A stretch of DNA of 64,000 nucleotides, taken from assembly GCA_050949565.1 (NCBI GenBank), contig JBMNFY010000017.1:800001-864000 (forward strand). Reading direction: 5' to 3'. Under the pieces are notes generated by a model that had not been told where the DNA came from, searched no databases, and saw nothing but the letters and a program-made list of their open reading frames with translations. Position numbers and translations under genes: made by a program. This document shows positions 37,933 through 49,208 of this stretch, in pieces. The DNA comes from Kiritimatiellia bacterium (GTDB taxonomy: Bacteria; Verrucomicrobiota; Kiritimatiellia; RFP12; UBA1067). How positions within the stretch are numbered: position 1 is the first letter of the stretch; the number at the start of each line of letters is the position of its first letter.

Positions 37933-38940
37933 CTAACGCACTGCGGCGCGCTTCGGCGGCCGCGCCATCAGTTCGTCGATCACCTTGCCCACGTCTTCTT
38001 TGGACATTTTCACTGTAAGACGGCAGTTGGGGCTTGACTCGTCCGCGACCCACTCATTCTCGCCCTTCGTTCCCATCATGCGATATGTACCGCGCTCAGT
38101 GTTGAAGTAGCGATCCAGTTCCCGCACGGCAGCGAGGATCGCCGTCTGATCCCAACTCGGATGCCCCGCGAGGCGATCATAGGTGGTGTCATTCACCTTG
38201 TCGCGCGGCGGCAAACGATACGCATAAGCGTCGCGCACCGGATTGCGCGTGTCGGGGAGTTCGGAGACGACGCGTCCAGTGAAGATATAGCGCCCATACT
38301 GCCAATCCGAGAACACGATCGGCGTGGGCCATTGATCGAATGTAATCTTGGAGGCCTCCCAATCGCCGGCAGAATTGTGTTCCTTGCCGGTGGGATAGGA
38401 ACACGCCATGATCACGGCTTTCTTCACTTTCTTCGCCACGAGAGCACGGCCGTCGAGCGGAGAGTACTGGTCGCCCTTTGATTCAAGCAGTCTGCGGAGG
38501 TTTGTCATAAAGTCCACGGCACACACCACCACGCTGCCGTCCGGCTGGGCGGCGAGCGTCTTACGGAAAACCTCCGTAGCATCCGGCGCCTGCGAACTGT
38601 CTGCGTATCTGTACCAGCCTTCGTATTTCTGCAGGAGATTGAAGCCGCGCGCGCCGGGCCCGCATACACCCGTATCATGTAACGCGCCTACCAACAAGTC
38701 CGGGCGTCCGTAGTAACGGTTCACGATCTCCACCACCGCGAGCCCAGTATTCCCGCGCGTGCTCTGCACCACCGCCAACAACTCACATTCGCCCGCGTCC
38801 GCAAGCGCATGCAGCATCGCCAACGCTCCGATGTCATCGTAGTCGGTGTACATGTCCGTGTCGAAAATCACCTTGACGGGGCCAGCGGCCACCTTCAGCG
38901 CGGCACATACCGCCACAGCCATAAGAAAGTTTTTCATCAT
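37933..38940 (-). CDS. Nucleoside hydrolase (IUNH family), secreted-type
   Basis: VIFDTDMYTDYDDIGAL motif, PSWD, signal peptide. Confidence 0.85.
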   Translation of the reverse strand: MMKNFLMAVAVCAALKVAAGPVKVIFDTDMYTDYDDIGALAMLHALADAGECELLAVVQSTRGNTGLAVVEIVNRYYGRPDLLVGALHDTGVCGPGARGFNLLQKYEGWYRYADSSQAPDATEVFRKTLAAQPDGSVVVCAVDFMTNLRRLLESKGDQYSPLDGRALVAKKVKKAVIMACSYPTGKEHNSAGDWEASKITFDQWPTPIVFSDWQYGRYIFTGRVVSELPDTRNPVRDAYAYRLPPRDKVNDTTYDRLAGHPSWDQTAILAAVRELDRYFNTERGTYRMMGTKGENEWVADESSPNCRLTVKMSKEDVGKVIDELMARPPKRAAVR

Positions 38941-38945
38941 TCACC

Positions 38946-40322
38946 TCATCTGAGCAGGAACAGGGTTCCGGCGTCATCATGCAAAACCCGCAAAACACCC
39001 TTGCCTGCGAAACGGGTATTGTCCTTGTAGTAGGCACTACTGTCGGACGAACCGTAAGTACCAGCACGCTGCATCTTGTCGCCGTAATAGAGCCAGCCGA
39101 CCCGCTCGTCCACGCCGTCGGCCATTTGGATCTTGGCCGTACCGACACCTTGCGGCGGCATCTGCACGATGACAGCGTCAGCGATCGCGACCGAGTTGGA
39201 GAGGAGCAGCGTGCCGCTACCGCCCACCGCGATGTTGGTGCTGTTGTTGCCGAAGGTGCCCGTGTCGCCCACGGCCAGAACACCGTTACTCACGCTGAAG
39301 CTGCCGGAAGTGGTATGCGCACCGGTGAACAGGAGAGAGCCGGTGCCAAGCTTGACGATGCTCACCGCGCCCGTGATATTGCCGCTGTGAACACGATCTG
39401 CGTTCTGGTTGATCGTCAGCGTCGCAGGCTCCACACTGAACAAGATCCGTGTGTAGCCAGACACCGTTCCAGTTGAGAAGGTTCCTATGACCTGATCATG
39501 GCCGTTGAGATCGACGTACGAATCCTGTCCACCTGCGCTACCCTGTTGCAGCGACATGGTCGGTAGAAACGCGTTGGGCACATCGAAACGAACGAAATGC
39601 CCCCCCGTAAACATTTCGGAAATGGTGTTGCCGGCAACCGCGAAAATCACGCCGCCACCGCCCACGTGGCAAGTTACTCTCGTCGTGCTGACCGGCTTTC
39701 CCGAGATACGGATCCAGGCATTCTCCACCGCCGTATAGACGAGGGCACTCCCATCTGCGCCGCCAGTGAGTTCCAGCGGACTCCCGGCCAAGGCACGGAT
39801 CCGTCCGCCATGGGCCGTGATTTTTCCGGTCAAGACGTTGCTGCCCGTGACGTTCCGGATCGCACCGTGCCAGCCACAACCGGTGAGAATACCTTCACCT
39901 CCGATGATGAATGGTTCTGCGACCGTAATACCGCTGCCGCCCTCAATACAAAGATAGCCGCCGTTCCTGATTTCCGTGGCACCGTCTGCACTACCCAGCG
40001 CATTGCCGTGCGTGATCTCGACGACCCCGGTGCTCACCACCGTGGTTTTGCCCCGATAAGTGTTGTTGCCAGAGAGCCGCAACATGCCCTCGCCTTGAAA
40101 CACCAGATCGCAGGGCGCATCGTTGTCAGAAAGTGTGCCGGTCACGTCGAGCGTCACAACAGCCGTTCCGTTATTAGAGATACGCCAATGCTGATGGTTG
40201 GCGAAGACGATATCCTCATCGATCGTATACGTACGCGGCGTCACGTTCGGCGTCATCGCCACAAGGCCGTTGAGGCCGTTGGTAATGACGCCGGCTCCAG
40301 CGGCCAGAGTGAAATCCGTATC
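38946..40322 (-). pseudogene. Autotransporter-associated beta-strand-repeat protein, 5' end removed by the IS
   Basis: GEGMLRLSGNNTYRGKTTV and KLGTGSLLFTGAHTTSG repeats. The frame is open back into the IS left end, with no start or signal. C-terminus DAGTLFLLR. Confidence 0.8.
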
Positions 40323-41773
40323 AAAGGACTTTCCCCAAAAAATCGGGGGCAATTATATCTAAGTCCTTGAAAACAAAGGGGATGCGTCTCTGACGGGCGT
40401 GCCTGAAAGTGAAAAAGTGGTTTTCCTCCGCCGGTTCTGCCAAAATGGCGGTTCAACCAAAAACCAAAAACCGGAAAGGAAAACCGACGTGAATCATAGC
40501 GCAACGGCGTTCAAAGCGCGAGAGCAACTCAAGAATTTTTTGGGGGAACTTTCCCCCCGGTTTTCCAAGCCGCTCGGCAAGTTCGTGGGCGACATGGTCT
40601 ACGGGATACAGGCGTCGCAGGACGTGAAGCTCAGCCGGATCGCCCGCGCGCTCGACGAGCCGATATCGATGAAGAAACTGGAGGACAGGCTGAGCCGGAT
40701 GCTCGGGAGCGAGGGCATCGAGCAGGGGATTTCCGACGCTGTCGCCCGTCTGGGCTCGCGTCACGTCCATCAGGACACGCTGATCGTCATCGACCCGACC
40801 GACATCCGTAAGCTGTACGCGAAGAAGATGGAATATCTCGCCCGCGTCCGGGACGGGAGCACGGGGGAGATCGGCAACGGATACAGCGCCTGCCTGGCGG
40901 TCGCCTGCGAGAGCGGCGGCCGCCGGATCACGCCGTTGCACATGCGGCTGTGGTCGAGCGAGGCGGAGGGCTTCATCGGCCAGAACGACGAGGTGCTCGG
41001 CGTCATCGACCAGATCAGCTCCCGCGCGAAGAAGCGCGGCATCTACGTCATCGACCGCGGAGGCGACGGAGACTGGCTGTTCGACGGCCTGGACCGGCGC
41101 AAACTGGACTACATCGTGCGCCTCGTGGGCAACCGCAACCTGCTCCACGGCCGGCGGACCGCGCTGGCCGAAGAACTGGCGGCATCCTGCCCCATGAAGC
41201 ACATCGAGATCGTCACGAGGGAGACGGGGGACGGGGTGAAAAGCTATAAGCTGGAGTTCGGCGCCATGACCGTCGCCCTGCCGCAGAGGCCCGACAAGCC
41301 CCTGCGCATGGTCGTGGTGAAGGGGTTCGGCGAGCGGCCGATGCTCCTGCTGACCACGCTGGCCGGGACGACGTCGCGCAAGTCCCTGTGGCAGGTCGTC
41401 GAGGGCTATCTGACGCGGTGGCGCGTCGAGGACGCGATCCGCTTCGTCAAGCAGAGCTACAACCTCGAGGACATCCGGGTCCTGACGTACCGGCGCCTGA
41501 AAAACATGGTCGCTCTGCTGCTGGCCGTCATCTACTTCAACTGCGTCTGGCTGGCCGGACGGCTGCGCTGCGAGATCCTGACGACCAACATCACCCACGC
41601 CGCCAAGCGCATCTACGGCGTGGCCGAGTTCCTCCACTACGCCGTCGCCGACGGCCTCGGGAGGCTCTTCACGCGCCACGGGAAATGGTACGGCTACAAG
41701 CCGCCAGACCCCGAATCAAACCCGCTCGGACTGGTCTTTCTGGAATGACCAGATTTTTTGGGGAAACTCCTTG
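40323..41773 (+). mobile_element. IS4-family insertion sequence, copy 2
   Basis: Same TIRs and length as copy 1; I found five substitutions by eye. Confidence 0.92.
40489..41748 (+). CDS. IS4-family DDE transposase (intact triad)
   Basis: IVIDPTD, VIDRGG, YLTRWRVEDAIRFVKQ. Confidence 0.92.
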   Translation: MNHSATAFKAREQLKNFLGELSPRFSKPLGKFVGDMVYGIQASQDVKLSRIARALDEPISMKKLEDRLSRMLGSEGIEQGISDAVARLGSRHVHQDTLIVIDPTDIRKLYAKKMEYLARVRDGSTGEIGNGYSACLAVACESGGRRITPLHMRLWSSEAEGFIGQNDEVLGVIDQISSRAKKRGIYVIDRGGDGDWLFDGLDRRKLDYIVRLVGNRNLLHGRRTALAEELAASCPMKHIEIVTRETGDGVKSYKLEFGAMTVALPQRPDKPLRMVVVKGFGERPMLLLTTLAGTTSRKSLWQVVEGYLTRWRVEDAIRFVKQSYNLEDIRVLTYRRLKNMVALLLAVIYFNCVWLAGRLRCEILTTNITHAAKRIYGVAEFLHYAVADGLGRLFTRHGKWYGYKPPDPESNPLGLVFLE

Positions 41774-41824
41774 AAACGGTAGCCATTGCCCGGCGAGGGT
41801 TCCCTGTGTTATGCTCATTGCATC

Positions 41825-42970
41825 ATGCGAGGGGAGTTTACCAGTTGGGGAGCGGGCATCTTATGCGGTATGCTCGCGTTCGGGCCGATGGCACATGACG
41901 CTTGCGCGAATGGCCGCAGCGTGCCGGTCATTGCGACCTTCTCCGACGATACCTTGGTTGAAGGTGAAGCGCGCGTAATCGGGTCGCGCCCGCTGACGTT
42001 GGTTCTGCTGGGCGAGAACCGCCAGCGCATGTTCACCCTCGCGGATCTGGCTGATGTCGAGCAGATCGTTGAGCAGGCAAGCATGGAGCGTCCGTGGACC
42101 TTTAAGGAGGCGGGGCGTCCCGAAAAAGTTTATCTCGAAGGCGAGTATCCGCTCGTCAACTTCCTGACGCGCCTCACGCTGGTCAACGGCAGCGTAGTAA
42201 CCGGCCATGTGATTTCAGCCGCGCTGGAACTCAGGGGGCCGACGGGCAAGAAAAAGATTTTTCTGCAACGCCAGATCAAAGGAACGAAAACCGAGACGCT
42301 CAACGATCTGGTCTACCTCCGTACGCTCCGCATGCCGCATGCCGCGATCGCGGACGGCCGTCCGATCCACGGACGTGTCGAAGGATTCGGTACCGTGATA
42401 TCGGTCTCCGCACTGGACACCCTGCGCGGCCACATGCTCTTCGCACGCGTCACCGACGGCACGCGCTTTGATTTCGGCACGCTCCTGCCCGGACGCTACG
42501 ACCTGTGCGTGCTGACCGACACCCACGCGCTGACCGGCTTGTCGGATGCCGTGCCGTCAGAAGCCGCCAACGGTGCGCCGTTGCAAAAAGGCGACTTGGA
42601 CGCAATCCATGCAAAGTTTCCGCTGGCGGACGATTTTTTCAACGACCGCTGGATCCTGCGTCTCGGCGGCAACCGCGCGCACGCCAAGGCGTTGGTCTAC
42701 AAACGGCGCGCGGATTATTACGAGGCAGCGCGCTGGACGCCGGGCGGCTTTCTCTGGCATCTGGAGGTCTGGACCTGGCACTTCGCTGAGCCCGACTGGA
42801 AGGTCGACCGCCGCCATATTCTCATCCGGCACAAACAGAAGGGCGGCGAGCGCAACCGGACGCTCCTGCTTAACGAACGACTCGGCGCCGTGACTCCCGG
42901 TACCGAGCTTCACCTTCAGGCAAACGAGGCACCTGATGGCACATGGCAAATTATACGCACTCTTGACTAG
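41825..42970 (+). CDS. Secreted hypothetical protein
   Basis: Long ORF with host-like codon usage and a signal-like N-terminus; overlaps the next gene by 35 bp. Confidence 0.7.
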   Translation: MRGEFTSWGAGILCGMLAFGPMAHDACANGRSVPVIATFSDDTLVEGEARVIGSRPLTLVLLGENRQRMFTLADLADVEQIVEQASMERPWTFKEAGRPEKVYLEGEYPLVNFLTRLTLVNGSVVTGHVISAALELRGPTGKKKIFLQRQIKGTKTETLNDLVYLRTLRMPHAAIADGRPIHGRVEGFGTVISVSALDTLRGHMLFARVTDGTRFDFGTLLPGRYDLCVLTDTHALTGLSDAVPSEAANGAPLQKGDLDAIHAKFPLADDFFNDRWILRLGGNRAHAKALVYKRRADYYEAARWTPGGFLWHLEVWTWHFAEPDWKVDRRHILIRHKQKGGERNRTLLLNERLGAVTPGTELHLQANEAPDGTWQIIRTLD

Positions 42971-45900
42971 GGCCGCGATTCACCGCCGCCTCAGTCTTTC
43001 GCTCCGCCTCGCGCTGCTCGCGGGCGCGGCGTTGCCGGTTTGGCTTCTGTTGCTCTGCGTCGCTGACAACCTCTTCAACCTGCCGCCACACCTGCGGAGC
43101 GTCTTGATGCTCGGCTCGCTGGCCGCAATCGTAATCGGCTTGGTGTATCTGATCTGGCGCTTTGGTTTCCGGTCGATCGACCCCGCGCGCACGGCGGTGT
43201 ATCTGGAGCAGCGCTTCGGCATCGCCGACAACCGTCTGATCAACGCCGTGCATTTCGATCGCGATCCCGCGTTGCCGGGCGAGGTCAAAGAGGTCTTTCT
43301 GAACGCAGCGGAACAGGGGTGCCGTCGCCTGCCGCTGCGCCGCATTTGGCAACACGCGCGGCTATGGCCGGCGCTCAAGCTGTTTGCCGCCGGTCTGCTG
43401 CTGTTTCTGGCGTATGTGATTCCGTTCGGTGCCCACGCGCGCAATGCGTTTTTACGTTTTCTCAATCCGACAACCTCGCTGACGCCCCTCAACTCCACGC
43501 AGTTCTCCGTGACCCCGGGCGACACCGAGATCATCGAAGGCGCTATTTGCCCGATCCGCGCAACAGCCAATAAATTTGATCGTCCGGTCGCCGGACTCGA
43601 CATCGTGGTGGATGACGGCGGCACGCCCCTGCTCTATCCGATGCGCGCAGAGGGCGACGGTTTCGCGTTTGACCTGCGCGACCTGTCGCGCGACACCCGC
43701 TACGCGCTGAAAAACGGCAACGACCGCAGTCGCTGGTATACGGTGTCTGTCATCGGCCGACCGCGTCTCGACGGGTTCACGCTGACCGTCACGCCTCCCG
43801 CCTACACTGGCGAACAACCTTTCACGCTTGAGGCGTCCGCGCGCGAGGCGTCTCTGCTGAAAGGCTCGCATGTGCAGATCCACGCCGGCACCAAAACCGG
43901 CGAGCGTGCGGCGTTCTTCCGCGATGGTCAGCCCATGAAGCCCGAGGCCGATGCCAAACCGGAAGCGTGCGCGTTTGATGTCACGGCGGACACCGAGCTC
44001 TCGCTGGATGTCACCGACGCGCGCGGCCTTACCCATACCGGCGTCTGGCGGTGCCGCATCACTGCGGTGCCGGACGCGCCGCCCGAGGTGCGTCTGACCA
44101 ACCGTGAGTTGAACATGCAGGCCGGTATCGGGCAGAGCGTGCCGTTGAATATCGAAGAACGCGATGACTACGGCCTGACCGCGCTGGAAATCTTCACCGT
44201 GCGCAACCAAGAAGAGACCGTGCTGAAACGGATCGACTATCGCGCGCGTTCGCGCACTCGCACCGAGGCGTGCATCATCCCGATCACCGAAGACCTTTTC
44301 GCCCGCAATGCCAGCTACAAGCTCTGGGCGCGCGTCTTCGACAACCACCAGCCGGCGCAGACAGGCACCGTGCTGACCCCGCTCACGCTGCACGTGGCCG
44401 ACCTCGCCAAAACGCTGTCTGCGGACGACACCGATGATCCGCATGCACGGCTTTTCGCCGCCTTGCATCGGGCGCTCGACCGGCAAAAAAGTTTGCGCGA
44501 CTGGGTCGCCGTGCGTATCGAGCGCGACCGGCGCGAAAGGATCAGCCCGGAACTCCAGAAGCGCCAGAAAGAGGTCCATGATCGCATCATGCAGGGCACG
44601 ACCCTCGCCGACGGCCTGTACCGCCGCTCGAAACTGAAGAAGGGGCTTTACGACAGCATCGTGTCACTCAAAAGCGCCCACTCCGACCCGCTCATGAAGT
44701 TGATTCCGGTCGTCGCGGGACTTGACGAAGAAGGGCGGCAAGCCGGGCTCAACGGCATTGTGCTCAAGCAGACCGAGTTGGTGACCGCGCTGCAGCGGAT
44801 CCTTGGCGCGGTCAATCAAGACAAAGCGCGGGCGGATCTCCAGCAGGCGCAGCTTGAGAACGAGACGCAGGATCAGAAGCTGGTCGAAAAGTTGGAGGCA
44901 CTCAAAAAAGACCTCTCGGCCTTTCAGGACGAACAGCGCAAGATCATGGCGGACCTTGAGGCGATCGATAAAAAAGAGCCCGAAGACTGGACCGAGGCCG
45001 AAGAGAAACTGCTGGGTGATCTGGCCGCGCGCCAACAGGATTTCGCGCGCTTCTTTCAGGCGGCGTTCAACGACCTCTCCAAAGTCGAGAATCAGGACTT
45101 CTCCAATTCGGCCATGGCGGACGAGTTGATTGAGATGATCGAAGAACTGCAAAAGTCCGGGGCCGCGCTCGAACGCAAGCACATCGAGATCGCGACAGTG
45201 AATGAAGAGTTGCTGGGGCAGCAAGCCGAACGGATCGAGGCCAATTTGGAGCGCTGGCTTTCCGACTTCAAGGACTTCATCAAATGGAACGGCGAGGAGG
45301 GCGGTATCTTCCCGGACGTGCCGCTGCAGGATCTGCCCGAGGAACTGACAGACATTATCGGCGAACTGATCGACGACGTGAGCGACATGGATGATGTCGA
45401 GGATTCGACAGGCTCCTCGCTCAGCGCGATGGATGACGGACTGGGCTGGGGCGTGAGCGACGGCAACATGGACAACATGTCGGCGCGCGGTATCACCGGC
45501 AACGTCATGCCCAACAACAACGAGGTGGGTGGACGTTCCGGCGAGGGACGTTCCGGCAAATCCACCGGACAGTTCGTCGAGAAAGAAGCCACCGGCAAGG
45601 GCGGCCGCAACACGCCGACGCGCCTCGTGCAGTCGCCGTTCGAGAAGGGCACGGTCAGGGACACCTCCAAAGACCCGCAGGGCGGTGCCACCGGCGGCGG
45701 CAAACAGTCGGGCGTGGGCGGCGACGGGTTGCGCGGCATCACGCCGGATCAGAAACCGGACGTGCAGCAGCGGCTGCCGGGGCAGCAGGCTGAATTGAAG
45801 CAGAAGGCCGAGGCACTGCTGCGCGAGCTGACGGTGCGCAACCTCCCGACCGGCGATCTGGAAGAGGCCGTCAACAAAATGGAACTGATCCAGAAATTCC

Positions 45901-46136
45901 GCGCCACCGGACAGGGCCTTCAAGCGCGCCAAGTGCGGAGCGACCTGCTCAACAACCTGAAAGACGCGCAGGTGATCCTGAACACCCACGCGCGCGGCGG
46001 CACCGAACAGAACAGCGCGGCGGTTCGCCGGGCGTCCGCTTTCCGTTATCAGGGCACCGAACCGACACCCGAAGGGTACGAAGAGAGCGTGGACGCCTAT
46101 TTCCGCGCTCTGGCCGACCCCGATGCAGGAGAGTAA
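42936..46136 (+). CDS. Large membrane protein with Ig-like region and coiled coils (DUF4175-like architecture)
   Basis: Three N-terminal TM helices, E.RF....NRLINAV, TPPAYTG, PDAPP.V, DDYGL, acidic coiled coil, Gly-rich tail and P.GYEESVDAYFRAL end. Confidence 0.7.
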   Translation: MAHGKLYALLTRAAIHRRLSLSLRLALLAGAALPVWLLLLCVADNLFNLPPHLRSVLMLGSLAAIVIGLVYLIWRFGFRSIDPARTAVYLEQRFGIADNRLINAVHFDRDPALPGEVKEVFLNAAEQGCRRLPLRRIWQHARLWPALKLFAAGLLLFLAYVIPFGAHARNAFLRFLNPTTSLTPLNSTQFSVTPGDTEIIEGAICPIRATANKFDRPVAGLDIVVDDGGTPLLYPMRAEGDGFAFDLRDLSRDTRYALKNGNDRSRWYTVSVIGRPRLDGFTLTVTPPAYTGEQPFTLEASAREASLLKGSHVQIHAGTKTGERAAFFRDGQPMKPEADAKPEACAFDVTADTELSLDVTDARGLTHTGVWRCRITAVPDAPPEVRLTNRELNMQAGIGQSVPLNIEERDDYGLTALEIFTVRNQEETVLKRIDYRARSRTRTEACIIPITEDLFARNASYKLWARVFDNHQPAQTGTVLTPLTLHVADLAKTLSADDTDDPHARLFAALHRALDRQKSLRDWVAVRIERDRRERISPELQKRQKEVHDRIMQGTTLADGLYRRSKLKKGLYDSIVSLKSAHSDPLMKLIPVVAGLDEEGRQAGLNGIVLKQTELVTALQRILGAVNQDKARADLQQAQLENETQDQKLVEKLEALKKDLSAFQDEQRKIMADLEAIDKKEPEDWTEAEEKLLGDLAARQQDFARFFQAAFNDLSKVENQDFSNSAMADELIEMIEELQKSGAALERKHIEIATVNEELLGQQAERIEANLERWLSDFKDFIKWNGEEGGIFPDVPLQDLPEELTDIIGELIDDVSDMDDVEDSTGSSLSAMDDGLGWGVSDGNMDNMSARGITGNVMPNNNEVGGRSGEGRSGKSTGQFVEKEATGKGGRNTPTRLVQSPFEKGTVRDTSKDPQGGATGGGKQSGVGGDGLRGITPDQKPDVQQRLPGQQAELKQKAEALLRELTVRNLPTGDLEEAVNKMELIQKFRATGQGLQARQVRSDLLNNLKDAQVILNTHARGGTEQNSAAVRRASAFRYQGTEPTPEGYEESVDAYFRALADPDAGE

Positions 46137-46144
46137 ACAAACCT

Positions 46145-46819
46145 ATGCGACTGACACACCTTTTCTGCGCCGTACTGCTGGCCTGCGCCGCGCATGCGGC
46201 ACCCGGCGAAAATCTGGTCAAGAACGGCAACTTCGATGAAGGCGAGAACAGGGCGACGCACTGGGAGGCGGCCAATGGGCTCACGACCTTCTTCGTCACA
46301 GAAGAGGGGCGCGGCCGGATCGTCAAGATGGACACCGGCGTCGACCGGCAGCAAGCGCTCGCATGGCACAAGGCATTTGCCGCCGACCCGACGCTGCCCC
46401 CGCCAGCCAAAACACCGATCGCGGCAGACAGTTACGGCAGCATCGGAGGCAATGAGGGCGTGATGCTGGATTCCGAACTGATCGACTGCGTGCCCGGTCA
46501 GGACTACCGGTTGACCGCAGACTTCAAGGGTGCCGGCAAACCCTTCGTCTGGATCAAGGGTTTCCTGTGGCATCCGACGCGCAAGACCTGGGTGGATGGA
46601 TACCAGACCCGTCTGGAACCGGCCCGCGTCAGTCCGGACACATGGAGCACGTTTTCGATCGGCTTCAATCCCACCGCCCGTTCCCCGCGCATCCAGAAGT
46701 TCAAGGTCAGGCTCTACGCCTATTGGCCGAACGGGCTCTACTACTTCGACAACATCCGCGTCGAAGCCATCACACCCGAAGAGATGAAGCAGTTGGTCGA
46801 GCAGCGGAGCGTACGGTAG
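46145..46819 (+). CDS. Secreted carbohydrate-binding-like (CBM4/9-type) protein
   Basis: Signal peptide, ENLVKNGNFDEG start, YFDNIRV end. Confidence 0.7.
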   Translation: MRLTHLFCAVLLACAAHAAPGENLVKNGNFDEGENRATHWEAANGLTTFFVTEEGRGRIVKMDTGVDRQQALAWHKAFAADPTLPPPAKTPIAADSYGSIGGNEGVMLDSELIDCVPGQDYRLTADFKGAGKPFVWIKGFLWHPTRKTWVDGYQTRLEPARVSPDTWSTFSIGFNPTARSPRIQKFKVRLYAYWPNGLYYFDNIRVEAITPEEMKQLVEQRSVR

Positions 46820-46889
46820 AACGTGTAGTGATCGTAATCGGTTGGTGACAGGGGGAGCGAAGATCGTGAGTTCTCGGTGAAAAGGGGGG

Positions 46890-47320
46890 CAGGGAGTCGG
46901 ATCGGGCGTCCCCGCCCGCAACAACGTGTCTTGCAAAAGGGTGTGGCACGGGCATCTTGCCCGTGTTCCATGGTTTCATTTTTTGACATGATTTGGAGGG
47001 CGAGTGTCCCCACGAGCCGCCTTCCGCCGTGCGGAAGGATGGTTTCAGGTTTCATTGCGGAGCACTGGGAGGGGCAAGCGTCTGCTTGCCTGCGGACGAG
47101 CAGACGCTCGTCCCTCCCCGGCGGCGGCCCCGCCACCCCGTAACTTTCAACTTTCAACGCTCAACTTCCAACTCTCAACTTTCAGCGGGCGAGGACGCCC
47201 GCTCCCGACTGCGCACACACAAAACACGCTCTCGACTCGCATGCCCCCTGTCACTTGCCTATAACTTGAGCGTTAAACGTTAACTCAGAACGCTGAACGT
47301 CGAACTCAGAACGTTTAAGT
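46890..47320. repeat. Intergenic repeat mosaic, including a half copy of the 99-bp element
   Basis: TCTTGCAAAAG...GTGGCACGGGCATCTTGCCCGTG (46929-46965), GAGGGCGAGTGTCCCCACGAGCCG, GGGGCAAGCGTCTGCTTGCC and TTCAAC heptamers. Confidence 0.78.
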
Positions 47321-47397
47321 AGAAAACGCCTTGCCTATCACTTACACCGATCAAAGTTATCCTCATTTACATTCCCGTGCGAAACGCGGGCAGCGAG

Positions 47398-49177
47398 CTA
47401 ACTCGTTTCGTGCGTCGGGGCGGGACTGGAGCCGGTGAGATCGACCATAACGGGCGCGATGGCCTGAACGGCATCGCGGTCGATCTGGCGGATCGATTCG
47501 TCAAGCTCTTCCCACGGCACCAGATGCGGACTCGTGCGGTGTGCGATGTTCTTGGGCGGCGGCGCGTATGTCCAGCCAGCGAGTCGGCGCTCGGCGTACC
47601 ACCGCGCATGCTCCATTCTGGCGAGAATCTCGACCTGCTTGTCGTTGAACGCGACCGGGTGCGAGTGCCCGGCGGCCTCGGGCGGGATGCCCGCCGTCAG
47701 TAGCTTCACCTTCAGATGCTCGGCCTGTTCGCAATTGGATTCCCGCAACGATTCGTCGAGCGCCTCCCACTTCTTCATCGACGGATCGGAATCCGGCACG
47801 CCCGCCTTGGCGCGGTTGGCGACGTACGCCCGGTGGAATTCGCGCGCGAAACGGAACAGCCGATTCTCCAGCACGACGTCGACCGAGCAACACTCCGTGA
47901 CAAGTCCGAACGCCTCAATGCGGCGCGCCAGCGCGGCTTCGGACTTTTCGTCCTCTCAGGATTTCGGCGAGCCCTGCGGAAGTCGACAGCCTGACGAAAA
48001 TGGGAATGTCGGTCGCGGAGAGATGGAGGGCTGTCTGGAGCGCGGTCACGAAGTTACCGTGGTCATCGTCCGCGCAGATCACGACGATACCGATGTCGTC
48101 CGGGCTGGACAGGCGCTGCGCGATGCGGCACTGGGTATCGGCGGCACTCATCTCCCCGTCGATCCAGCCGATTTCGCAGAGGGATTCCAGAGCCGGATGC
48201 CGCTGCGCGAGACGCTCGCGAACGCGGTCCGCCTGCAGGTCGACGAGGGTGAAGGCAGGTTTGCGGCCGTTGGCGAAGTGGGCGGACTTGATCACCCGCA
48301 GCATCACGGCCTCGCCCATCTCCCCCATGCCTGCGATGGCGACATGGAACCGCCTGGGATCGTTCGGGGCGGTAGGGGCACGCCGAATCAGTTCGCGCTG
48401 CCAGAACAGCCGTGCGGCGTTGTCGTAGACATTGAACATTCGCACGGAGATGTAGGCGGAGTAGTCCTTGAAGACGGAGTGGTTGCGGAACAGATCCCCG
48501 GCATGGCGGTCCACCATGTGAACATGGCAGACCGGCTTGCCCCGCCGACCGGCGGAATCATGCGACCGCGCCTGTTGGATGACTTGCGAGGCAGTCTCGA
48601 TGTTGACGCTGTCGTTGCCGGTCATGACGAAGATGTGCGCAGCATGGCGAACCTGCGCTCTTGCGAGGATCTCGGCTCGCGTGGCGTCGCCTTGGATGAC
48701 GAAGAAGCGGGAGAAGACGCCGCAAGCCGGAAGCGGCTTGTCCGTCTTGAGGTCGATGGCGACGACCGGCATCCCGGCGCACAGGAGGTCGCGGATCAGC
48801 GCCTCGGCCTTCTTCCCCGCGCCGCAGACGACGGCGTGTCCGCGAAGGCGGGCAAGGCGCAGGGCGCAGATTTCGTTGCGGCAGATCCCAGCCAGGGCAA
48901 GCAGGGCGGCGGAGGCAGTGAAGAGAAGGGCGAGGGAGCGCCCGACCACGAGCGGGGCGGGCGAACTGCCAACCACCGGCACGTTGAACTCCAAACCGAA
49001 AAGCTGGAAGGACATGTAGGCGAGATCCCACCAGGGGAGCTGCTTGCCCACCTCCCGGTAACACTGGTCGTAGCCTACGTATCCCAGAATCCAGGCCGCA
49101 AGAAAGAGCAACGCGACCAGCGCGAACCCCAGCCGCCTCGCTTTGGAGTCGTCTTTGTTTGATGATGGGTTGTTCAC
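47398..49177 (-). pseudogene. Membrane TrkA-N/RCK plus RyR-domain protein, split by a frameshift near 47955
   Basis: TM helices, GHAVVCGAG, GDAT and GMGEMG in 47915-49177. The alternative frame continues EDEKSEAALARRIEAFG into RyR-like W..L.E..R.SN / LARMEHARW...GW.Y / PHLVPWEEL. Confidence 0.78.
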
Positions 49178-49208
49178 GGTATGGATCCCTCGATCGGGTT
49201 GGATACAC

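Noticed and set aside
18493-41773. Composite transposon bounded by the two IS copies
   Set aside because: There is no TSD around the outer ends, and genes on the inner sides are themselves truncated. It cannot be excluded but is unsupported.
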